NCBI GenBank assembly: GCA_963733715.1
Contig: CAVTEN010000039.1
Span: forward strand, 13,074-77,073
Direction of reading: 5' to 3'
DNA: 64,000 nt
Origin: an uncultured delta proteobacterium
GTDB taxonomy: Bacteria > Desulfobacterota > Binatia > Binatales > Binataceae
Each line of letters starts with the position of its first letter. Position 1 is the first letter of the stretch. Under the pieces are notes generated by a model. It saw only the letters and a list, made by a program, of their open reading frames with translations. It had not been told where the DNA came from and did no database searches. Shown here piece after piece: positions 39,495-47,556 of the stretch. The position numbers and the translations under genes are program-made.

Positions 39495-40232
39495 ATGGCG
39501 GATTCACGAAGCGGGCACCCCCATCCGGCGGGGCCCTACTTCACCGTAGACCTGCATCTCCACACCAATCGCGGCAGCTCGGATTCGAACCTGGCGCCGA
39601 AGGACCTGGTCGATCGCGCGCGTGCGATCGGAATCGGCGCGGTCTGCATCACCGAGCACGACAACATGTGGGACTCGCGCGAGGTGGCCGCGATGGCGGG
39701 AGACTCGGGCGTGATTTTTCTGCGCGGGATGGAAGTGACGACCGACATGGGTCACGTCGGCGCATTCGGGCTCGAGCGCTACGTCGGCGGAATCTACAAG
39801 CTGGCCGAACTGCGGCGCGTGATCGATCTCGAAGGCGGAATCCTGATCGCGAATCATCCGTTTCGCTACAAGCTCGACCCGCGCTTTTCGTTTATCAACC
39901 CGGACTCCGAACCGATCGATCCGACGTATCCGGATCTCGCGGCCAAGCTCAGAATCTTCGAACTGGTCGACGCGATCGAAGTGCTCAACGGAGCATGCGG
40001 CGAGGACGAGAACGTCTTCGCGTTGAAGGTCGCGCGTCATCTCGGGATTGCCGAGGTCGCGGGCTCAGACTCGCATTCCGCGGGCTCGGTAGGATGCGTC
40101 ACGACGCTGCTCGACGGTCCAATCAAGGATGAGCGCGACCTGATCGACGCGATCAGATCGAAGCGATGCCGCGCGGGCCGCGGCCTGTTGAAGAGCGCGC
40201 TGGCACCTTTCGAGCTGTCCGCGTCAGTTTAG
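39495..40232 (+). CDS. PHP-domain metallophosphoesterase
   Basis: 'DLHLHT..GSSDS', 'ITEHD', 'ANHPF', 'AGSDSH'. Confidence 0.9.
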   Translation: MADSRSGHPHPAGPYFTVDLHLHTNRGSSDSNLAPKDLVDRARAIGIGAVCITEHDNMWDSREVAAMAGDSGVIFLRGMEVTTDMGHVGAFGLERYVGGIYKLAELRRVIDLEGGILIANHPFRYKLDPRFSFINPDSEPIDPTYPDLAAKLRIFELVDAIEVLNGACGEDENVFALKVARHLGIAEVAGSDSHSAGSVGCVTTLLDGPIKDERDLIDAIRSKRCRAGRGLLKSALAPFELSASV

Positions 40233-40394
40233 CGCGCGCAAAAAGGTTTGAGATGAAAGGGTTTTCCTCTCATTTTTGGCGACGTAGGATTTGAGAGGAA
40301 ATAAAGTTGAAGTCGGACCGTAACAATACCTAAAACTACTTGATTCAATTGTATTTTCCTCTCAAGATAGCGTATGAGCTGATTTGAGAGGAAA

Positions 40395-41483
40395 ATGTCG
40401 AAGCTGAAAGAACTCACCACCGAGCAGCGCCGAATCGCGGTCGATACAGCTCAGCTTTACGAACATCTGCTCGAGCTTGAAGCGGAGCGGAAAACGTTTC
40501 ACGGCGGCTTGTATTGGAAGACCGTCGCTGGTCGCGAATACTTGGTTCGCACTATTGGACCCCACCGGGGCAATCGCTCGCTCGGCCCGCGCTCGCCGGA
40601 GACTGAGCAGGCTTACCGGGAATTTACGGAAACCAAACGCGATCTCGACGCGCGAATCAAATCAATCAATGAACAGATCGCGCGGCAGGCCAAGTTCTGC
40701 GTCGCCGCGGGAGTGAACCGCGTTCCGAGGCTCGCCGCCGACATCGTGAGGTCGCTCGATTCGAGCGGGTTGCTCGGCAGTCATCTGATCATTCTCGGCA
40801 GCCATGCGATGTATGCCTACGAGATGGCAGCGGGCGTGCATCTCAAGGCCGGACTTCTTCAGACCGAAGATCTCGACACTCTCCTGAACACTAAATCTGA
40901 AATCGAACTGGCTGGTTCGATTCGAAGCGCAGGACTGCTCGGAATACTTCAGGACGTCGACGCGACCTTCAAGCCTCAACGAAAAAGATCATTTCGCGCC
41001 GTCAACGCGAAAGGCTTCATGGTCGATTTGATTCGGGCGCCAATCGATTCCTCCGGCGGCCTCAACAGCATCGGGATTGGGATCGATCTCATCGCGGAAC
41101 AGTTGCGCGGGCTCGAATGGCTTACTGCGTTGCCTCTGATGACTCAAATCGTGATCGCTGACAACGGCTTCCCCGTGAGATTCGTCGTGCCCGAGCCGCG
41201 CGTGTTCGCATTGCACAAGCTCTGGGTCTCGCTTCAGCCGACGCGAGATCCAATCAAGCGCAAGCGCGATCTCCATCAGGCAGAAGCAGTCGTGCAGCTC
41301 GCGCTCGACTACTTCAATTTGAGGTTCGACGATCCAGTAATCAAAGCGCTTCCGTCCGACCTGACGTCGATGATTCCCGGGCTTGTCGAGCGGATCAATA
41401 ACCGACGTTCGAAGACGCAAAGCGGGCAGACTGAGCTTCCTCCCGGCTTTGAACCGCGCGAAAGTGAAACCGACGAGGATTAA
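40395..41483 (+). CDS. nucleotidyltransferase-fold protein (GSU2403-like) with N-terminal helical region
   Basis: 'ILGSHAMYAYE..AG' and 'TEDLD' (DxD) NTase motifs; 'P.PRVFALHKLWVS..R...KR.RD..QA'. Confidence 0.75.
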   Translation: MSKLKELTTEQRRIAVDTAQLYEHLLELEAERKTFHGGLYWKTVAGREYLVRTIGPHRGNRSLGPRSPETEQAYREFTETKRDLDARIKSINEQIARQAKFCVAAGVNRVPRLAADIVRSLDSSGLLGSHLIILGSHAMYAYEMAAGVHLKAGLLQTEDLDTLLNTKSEIELAGSIRSAGLLGILQDVDATFKPQRKRSFRAVNAKGFMVDLIRAPIDSSGGLNSIGIGIDLIAEQLRGLEWLTALPLMTQIVIADNGFPVRFVVPEPRVFALHKLWVSLQPTRDPIKRKRDLHQAEAVVQLALDYFNLRFDDPVIKALPSDLTSMIPGLVERINNRRSKTQSGQTELPPGFEPRESETDED

Positions 41484-41544
41484 ACTTGCATGACTATCCT
41501 CCACTGTCTCGCAAATGAAATATATCTGGAACTTCCAGGATGAG

Positions 41545-41967
41545 AACATGAAAAAATCGGGCGCGAGCCAGGGCCAGTCGGCATCGGAGCTCATCTCGAA
41601 AAGAATCGCCGAACTCGGGGACTGGCGCGGGGAAACCCTCAGCAGAATGCGCAAGCTCATCAAGCAGGCAGACTCGGACGTGGTCGAGGAGTGGAAGTGG
41701 ATGGGCACTCCGGTTTGGTCGCACGACGGCATCATCTGCACTGGCGAATCCTACAAGAAGGTCGTGAAGCTTACCTTCGCCAAGGGCGCGGCTCTGAAGG
41801 ATCCGGCCCGTCTCTTCAACTCGAGTCTCGACGGAAACGTACGCCGCGCGATCGACATCCACCCGGGAGAAGAAGTGGACGAGTCCGCCTTCAAGGCGCT
41901 CGTTCGCCAAGCAGTCGCCCTCAACAGTTCCGGCAAATCGAAACCTTCGAAGAAAGCGAAGTCCTAG
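41545..41967 (+). CDS. DUF1801 family protein
   Basis: '[53 protein letters not shown]'. Confidence 0.88.
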   Translation, partial: NMKKSGASQGQSASELISKRIAELGDWRGETLSRMRKLIKQADSDVVEEWKWMGTPVWSHDGIICTGESYKKVVKLTFAKGAALKDPARLFNSSLDGNVRRAIDIHPGEEVDESAFKALVRQAVALNSSGKSKPSKKAKS

Positions 41968-42027
41968 GCATTGTCCGCGATCCGATTAATCCGATAAAAT
42001 TTCTGCGCCCCTGCTGAGACCAATCCA

Positions 42028-44403
42028 ATGAGTGCTAACAAGGATCGCCTCGCTTTTATCGAGCATCTCTCCTCGATTGGCGGCGAGCATTCCGACGACC
42101 TTCGCGAGACGCTTGACCGCGTTGCTTTCGCGATCGCTTCCGGCATGGAGGCGGAGGTCTGTTCGCTCTACCTCTTCGATCCTCAGCGTGAGCGGCTCGT
42201 GCTCCGCGCCACCGTTGGGCTCGATCGCGAATCGGTCGGCAAGGTCTCGATGCGTCTCAACGAGGGGCTGGTCGGGCTGGTGCTGGAAAAAGACGAACCG
42301 GTTTACGTGCCCGACGCGATCAGCCATCAGCGCTACAAATATTTTCCCGAGACCGGCGAGGAGCGCTTCCATACTTTTCTCGGCGTGCCGGTTCATGACG
42401 GCCGCAAAAAGCCGCTCGGGGTGCTGGTCGCGCAAACGCTCGAGCGGCGCAAATTCAACAAGAACGAAATCCGGCTGCTGAGCACCGCGGCCAACCAGGT
42501 CGCGCAAATTCTTTCTCATTTCAGGCTGCGCGAATCGCTCGTCACCAAGGAAAAAGAGCGGCTCGAATACAAGCGCCGGATGATCGAGGCCAACCGCCAG
42601 CTCAAGGACTACGAAAAAGTCGGCGGCAAAACGCGTCATGCCGCTCCCGCCAAGATTCGCCGCCCCCGCCTGGCAGGACTTTCCGCCTCACCGGGATTTG
42701 CGCAGGGAAGCGCGCACGTGGTCGGCACTTTCCTGAGCAGCGTCGATCGCCATCAGAAATCCCGTGATCCCAAGGTCGAGAGCAAGCGTTTCGAGGAAGC
42801 TCTCGCGCGTTCGCTGGCGGAGCTGGCGACGTTGCGAGTGCGGATGGAACCGTTGATGCCCGAGTCGGACCTCAAAATCTTCGACGGCCATCGCATGATT
42901 CTCGAAGACGAGGAGTTCGTCGGACGCATCCGCGACACTATTACCAACGGCTACACCGCCGAGAGCGCGCTGTTCCGCGTGATCGAGGAGCTCAGCGCTT
43001 CGATGCTCGCGGTGGCAGACAACTACCTGCGCGAGCGCGCGACCGACTTCCGCGACGTCGGCCATCGCGTGCTGCGGCATCTGCGGCAGGAGGAAAAGCG
43101 CGCGCCGTTCAGCAAGCCGACAATAATCGTTGCCGAGGAACTGACCCTCTCGCAGCTGACTATGGTCAACCATGACCGTCTCGCGGGCATCGCGCTGCAA
43201 TCGGGCGGCGTGACCTCGCATGCGGCGATCCTGGCGCGAGCGTTCGAAATCCCGACGGTGGTTGGCGTCGAACATCTGATGGAATCCGTCCTCGAGGGCG
43301 ATCAGCTCGTGCTCGACGGCAACGCAGGCGTCGTTTACGTCAACCCCGGCGCTGAGATCGAGCGCGACTACGTGAGCCTCCAGCGGCGCTACGACGCATT
43401 CAAAAAAGAGCTGATCGAGGAGGGCAACGCGCCCACCGCGACCCGCGACGGCCATCGCGTGATGATGCTCGCGAATATCGCGCTGCTCCCCGACATCCAC
43501 TTGGCGCTGCGTTATGGCGCCGAGGGTGTCGGTCTGCTGCGATCGGAATTCTCGTTCCTGACCTACGAGGATTTTCCCGACGAGACTCAACAGCTCGCGC
43601 TCTACAGCAAGATGCTCGAGTCGCTCGGCAGGCGCCCGGTCACGATTCGCACGCTCGACATCGGCGCCGATAAGTATCCGCCGTACATGCGGGTGCCGCG
43701 CGAGGACAATCCGTTTCTCGGCTGGCGATCGATCCGCATCTCGCTCGAGATGGCGGGGCTGTTCAAAGTTCAGCTCCGCGCGATTCTCCGCGCGGCCGCC
43801 AAGCACAACGTCCGCATCATGTTCCCGATGATCTCGAGCCTCGAGGAATTGCGCCGCGCCAAGGAACTGCTCGCGGAGTCGCAGGCCGAGCTGTTCAAGG
43901 AAGGCCTCGAGCACAATCCGAATATCGAAGTCGGCATCATGGTCGAGGTGCCGTCGGCCGTGTGGCTGGCGCCGCGGCTGGCGCGCGAGGTGGATTTTTT
44001 CTCGATCGGCACCAACGACCTGATCCAGTATCTGCTCGCGGCCGATCGCAACAATCCCAAGGTCGCGCATCTGTACGAGGCGCTCCATCCCGCTGTGATT
44101 TCCGCCATCGCCGAGGTCGTCAACGTCGCGCGAGCGGCCGACAAAGAGGTATGCCTGTGCGGCGAGATGGCCAGCGACCCGCTCGCGGCGCTTCTGCTGG
44201 TCGGGATGGGTCTCGACGAGCTGAGCCTGAGCCCACTGTTCATTCCGGTCGTGCGCAAGGTGATTCGGGAGGTCGATTATCAGACCACCCGCCTGATAGC
44301 CCGCGAGACTTTACAGATGGCCAGCGTGCAGGAAATCAAGGGCTACCTGGTCGAACGCTATCGCGACCTCGGCCTCATCAATCTGGTCGAAATGTACCGC
44401 TGA
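42028..44403 (+). CDS. ptsP: GAF-domain PEP-protein phosphotransferase (Enzyme I-Ntr)
   Basis: N-terminal GAF; 'GGVTSHAAILAR' (phospho-His); 'RTLDIGADK', 'E.NPFLGWR.IR', 'SIGTNDL.QY', 'CGEMA'. Confidence 0.93.
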   Translation: MSANKDRLAFIEHLSSIGGEHSDDLRETLDRVAFAIASGMEAEVCSLYLFDPQRERLVLRATVGLDRESVGKVSMRLNEGLVGLVLEKDEPVYVPDAISHQRYKYFPETGEERFHTFLGVPVHDGRKKPLGVLVAQTLERRKFNKNEIRLLSTAANQVAQILSHFRLRESLVTKEKERLEYKRRMIEANRQLKDYEKVGGKTRHAAPAKIRRPRLAGLSASPGFAQGSAHVVGTFLSSVDRHQKSRDPKVESKRFEEALARSLAELATLRVRMEPLMPESDLKIFDGHRMILEDEEFVGRIRDTITNGYTAESALFRVIEELSASMLAVADNYLRERATDFRDVGHRVLRHLRQEEKRAPFSKPTIIVAEELTLSQLTMVNHDRLAGIALQSGGVTSHAAILARAFEIPTVVGVEHLMESVLEGDQLVLDGNAGVVYVNPGAEIERDYVSLQRRYDAFKKELIEEGNAPTATRDGHRVMMLANIALLPDIHLALRYGAEGVGLLRSEFSFLTYEDFPDETQQLALYSKMLESLGRRPVTIRTLDIGADKYPPYMRVPREDNPFLGWRSIRISLEMAGLFKVQLRAILRAAAKHNVRIMFPMISSLEELRRAKELLAESQAELFKEGLEHNPNIEVGIMVEVPSAVWLAPRLAREVDFFSIGTNDLIQYLLAADRNNPKVAHLYEALHPAVISAIAEVVNVARAADKEVCLCGEMASDPLAALLLVGMGLDELSLSPLFIPVVRKVIREVDYQTTRLIARETLQMASVQEIKGYLVERYRDLGLINLVEMYR

Positions 44404-44730
44404 TTACCCCTTGTGCCGATTATTTCGGCCATTTCCTCGACTCTGGCGCTATAAACATGTTTCAATACTAGTGGGTTGACATTCCTGTTCGGGATTTGTT
44501 TACTGGTATTCTGACCGAGCGGTTAGATACCCCCCGCGTTCGGGCGTGATGGGCAGGTTGGGCTGCAGGGGTAGGAACCAAAAGCAGAGGATCTATTGAT
44601 GTTATTCCTTGTATTTCTTGGCGCTTTTCTGATTTTTGCTGCGAGTATCCTCTATTGGCTGTTGGGGACTAATCGCTATGGCGGCGACCGTCCGGCTGCT
44701 GCCCTCCAGTTGACTGCCCGTGAGGGCGCC

Positions 44731-46470
44731 ATGGCAGATGCGGCGAAGAAACCCGAGCCCTGCCGCACGGTTCGCGTCTATTTCATCAAACCTTCACGCT
44801 ACGACGAGGACGGCTTCGTCCAGTATTTCCGCTACGGCGTCCAGCCGAACAACACTTTAACGGTGATGACGGCGCTCAACGAGGCGTTCAACAAGCGGTA
44901 TGCGGTCGAGCGCAACGTCCGCCTCGAAACCGTGATTTGGGACGAAATCTGCGACGGCATAGTCAGCCCCGAGACAATCACCGCGATTAAAGACAAGGCG
45001 CGTGAAGATGGCGTCGAGTTGCTGATTGGGCTGGCGGGAGTGCAATCGAATCAGTATCCGCGCGGGCGCGACCTCGCTCTTCAATTCGTCGCCGAAGGGA
45101 TCCCCACCATGATGGGCGGTTTCCACGTCAGCGGCTTCCCCGACTCGTGCACGTTCCTCAACGAATGTGGCGTAACCACCGTCGTTGGCGAGGCTGAAAA
45201 TATCTGGGGCGATATCGTCGAGGACTTCCTCCGCGGCGAGCTGCGCAAGAGCTACTCGGTCACGCAGGGAATTCGCGCCAAGACCGGCCAGGAAGACATT
45301 ATCGTTCCGCTAATCACCGAGTCGCTGCTGCCGGTGCTCGACGATCGTTATCTCACCCGATTTTTCAACGACACGATGACCACGCTCGACACTTCGCGCG
45401 GATGCCCGTTCACCTGCTCGTACTGCAGCGTGAAGAACGTGATGGGCCGCACGATGCGCTCGCGCGAGCCTGACGCGGTCGTGACCTGGGTGCGCGACGC
45501 ATGCCGTCATCACGGTATCGAGTCGCTGTTCCTGGTCGATGACGACTTTTTCCGGTCGCCGCGATGGGAAGAAATTCTCACCGGGCTGGTCGAAGTCAAG
45601 AAGGAGTATCCGAAGCTCTCCTTCATGATGCAGGTCGACGTCGACGCGTCCTGCTATGCGAACGTGGCTGAGGGCGAGACCGAGACCGCGAAGCATCGGC
45701 GCAGCAAACGTTTCACCGAGCTGGCCGCTGCCGCAGGATGCTACCAGGCGTTCGTCGGAATCGAGTCGCTCAACCCCGACAACCTGAACTTTGCGACCAA
45801 GTATCAGAACACCGACGATCGCCAGCACAAGGGCAAGCTCGAAGCGGTGCGCGCGCACGTAATCGACAAGTACCGGCGCGTCGTCAATAACTGGCACAAG
45901 GTCGGAGTGTCGGTGCATGCCGGCTACATGCTGGGATTCCCGTTCGACGGCCCGGATTGCGGGCGCGTCGCGGCGGCTACCTTGAAAAAAATCGGCTTCG
46001 ACATCGTGTCGTTTTTCATCATGACGCCGCTGCCCGGTACTGAAGACCAGGTGCGCTTCACCAAGGAAGGCGCGATCATCGATTGGGATTTCAACCAGCT
46101 CGATTCGCAGCACGTCACGCTCAAGCACGACAAGCTCGACACGGAAAGCTGGCTGGGCGCGTATCGCGATGCCTACAAGGGCTTCTATTCGATCCCGCGC
46201 TTTCTGCACACGATGCTCACCGTATGCGCGGGCCGCGGACTCGACGCGGAAGCGCGCAAGGGCGTACTCCGCCAGTTCACGTATTATTTCTTCAGCTATC
46301 GCCAGGGACGGCATCCGATGGTCGGCGGGATTTGGCCGATTCGCCGCCGCGACGTCCGCCGCGCGGCAGTCACCGACGACGAGGCGCGCCGCTTCTATCT
46401 CGGCGGCAAGCGCTTCGACGCGATTCTGCGCGGCGACGGCCGCGAAGGCTTCGCCGGCGCCCCCGCGTAA
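44731..46470 (+). CDS. radical SAM protein with B12-binding-like N-terminal domain
   Basis: 'SRGCPFTCSYC' (CxxxCxxC), 'GGFH.S', 'VDDDFF'. The alternative upstream start at 44596/44599 would add a hydrophobic leader. Confidence 0.88.
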   Translation: MADAAKKPEPCRTVRVYFIKPSRYDEDGFVQYFRYGVQPNNTLTVMTALNEAFNKRYAVERNVRLETVIWDEICDGIVSPETITAIKDKAREDGVELLIGLAGVQSNQYPRGRDLALQFVAEGIPTMMGGFHVSGFPDSCTFLNECGVTTVVGEAENIWGDIVEDFLRGELRKSYSVTQGIRAKTGQEDIIVPLITESLLPVLDDRYLTRFFNDTMTTLDTSRGCPFTCSYCSVKNVMGRTMRSREPDAVVTWVRDACRHHGIESLFLVDDDFFRSPRWEEILTGLVEVKKEYPKLSFMMQVDVDASCYANVAEGETETAKHRRSKRFTELAAAAGCYQAFVGIESLNPDNLNFATKYQNTDDRQHKGKLEAVRAHVIDKYRRVVNNWHKVGVSVHAGYMLGFPFDGPDCGRVAAATLKKIGFDIVSFFIMTPLPGTEDQVRFTKEGAIIDWDFNQLDSQHVTLKHDKLDTESWLGAYRDAYKGFYSIPRFLHTMLTVCAGRGLDAEARKGVLRQFTYYFFSYRQGRHPMVGGIWPIRRRDVRRAAVTDDEARRFYLGGKRFDAILRGDGREGFAGAPA

Positions 46471-46498
46471 GCGACGAACACCGCGTAAGCGACGAACA
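46463..46498 (+). repeat. perfect 18-bp tandem duplication
   Basis: CCGCGTAAGCGACGAACA x2, including the stop codon of the radical SAM gene. Confidence 0.9.
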
Positions 46499-46514
46499 GC
46501 GGCAATCTCGAAAT

Positions 46515-46982
46515 CCGGTTCCCCTTCCCGCGCGGGAAGGGGTTAGGGGTTAGGTTCTTTGGCAGTGCCAACCCGCTTATGACGCATGGCAGTAAAATAA
46601 CGCGCGTCCAAGGTGTTCAGGCTGACAAGCTGTCTTTCGCCAAACGCTTGCGCCGCGAAATGACTCCGGCCGAGCGCATTCTCTGGAAGACCCTTCGGCG
46701 AAATGCGATCGACGGGTTTCACTTCCGGCGACAGCAGATAATCGAAGGATATGTCGTCGACGCCAAGCTTGCGATCGAACTTGATGGCGGAGTGCATGAA
46801 GAACAGTGGAAGTACGATGAGTCGCGTGACCGAACGATCTCACTCGCGGGGGTACAGGTGCTTGGGATTTCGAATGAGGCGATGCTCGATAGCGAAGCGG
46901 TGGTTGAGTACATCAGGCAAGCATTGCGAAAGAGATCAGGAACCTAACCCCTAACCCCTTCCCGCGCGGGAAGGGGAACCAG
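46515..46982. mobile_element. REP-A / DUF559 / inverted REP-A cassette 1
   Basis: Perfect 41-bp inverted repeats 46517-46557 and 46940-46980 (GCGC loops) flank a single DUF559 gene. Mobility is inferred. Confidence 0.6.
46579..46947 (+). CDS. DUF559 (Vsr-like) endonuclease with an internal 5-aa deletion
   Basis: 'EMTPAE..LW..LR','FRRQ.II.GYVVD-----AKLAIELDGGVH','D..RD'; the stop codon falls in the REP. Confidence 0.85.
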   Translation: MTHGSKITRVQGVQADKLSFAKRLRREMTPAERILWKTLRRNAIDGFHFRRQQIIEGYVVDAKLAIELDGGVHEEQWKYDESRDRTISLAGVQVLGISNEAMLDSEAVVEYIRQALRKRSGT

Positions 46983-47021
46983 ATTATTGGAAGTATCGCG
47001 CGCAGATTTTCGGTATCCGCA

Positions 47022-47444
47022 CTACTGGAGTGTCGTGAAACTCGCGACCGGGCTTTTCACGCCGTCGCTCTGGCCAGTCGCCTCCATCGAGTCAACTGTG
47101 TAGTAGTAGGTCGTTCCTGGACTGAGCCCCAACACACGCACGCGGAAAATCGTATCTGGATGGGTCTGGTTCAGCCTGATGTGCGACTTCGCCATCTGGC
47201 TCAAGTTGTGCGGATCCGTACCGTAATGCAGGACAGCCCAATGATCGTCCGAGCCCCCGGGGTTGTTGCTGGTCCACCTGATAATCGCCCAATTGTTCCT
47301 GGCCAATTCGAGCGACGGCCCTTGGGTGATCTGAACGCGTGCGGCTCTCCTGGCTGGAGTAACCAGCTGAGCGAAGGTCGTGGTTGAGAAGAACAGACTG
47401 CCGGTCAGCACCGTGATCGCCAATCTCAGAAGTGCTCTTTTCAT
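47022..47444 (-). CDS. small secreted fibronectin type III (PAP N-terminal-like) protein, copy 1
   Basis: Signal peptide; 'WAIIRWTS','LHYGTDP','V.GLSPGTTYYY.V','SFTT'. Confidence 0.85.
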   Translation of the reverse strand: MKRALLRLAITVLTGSLFFSTTTFAQLVTPARRAARVQITQGPSLELARNNWAIIRWTSNNPGGSDDHWAVLHYGTDPHNLSQMAKSHIRLNQTHPDTIFRVRVLGLSPGTTYYYTVDSMEATGQSDGVKSPVASFTTLQ

Positions 47445-47503
47445 CTTCAAGCCCGAAGAGATTTTTTTGAGTGAAATATGATCGTTCGCAGTCTCTTACT
47501 CCA

Positions 47504-47536
47504 GCTCGTCCGCCCGCATTTGCGAGACGGACGAGC
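47504..47536 (-). other. conserved intergenic RNA hairpin, copy 1
   Basis: Minus strand GCTCGTCCGTCTCGC-AAAT-GCGGGCGGACGAGC: 15-bp stem with two G-U pairs. Confidence 0.65.
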
Positions 47537-47556
47537 CAGAGAAAGATGTGTCAGCC

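Noticed and set aside
44476-44504. sigma70 promoter for the radical SAM gene (TTGACA at 44476)
   Set aside because: No convincing -10 hexamer at 16-18 bp spacing.
46463-46982. Classical IS element with target-site duplication
   Set aside because: No DDE, HUH or serine/tyrosine recombinase motif in the enclosed ORF, and the 18-bp duplication is on one side only.
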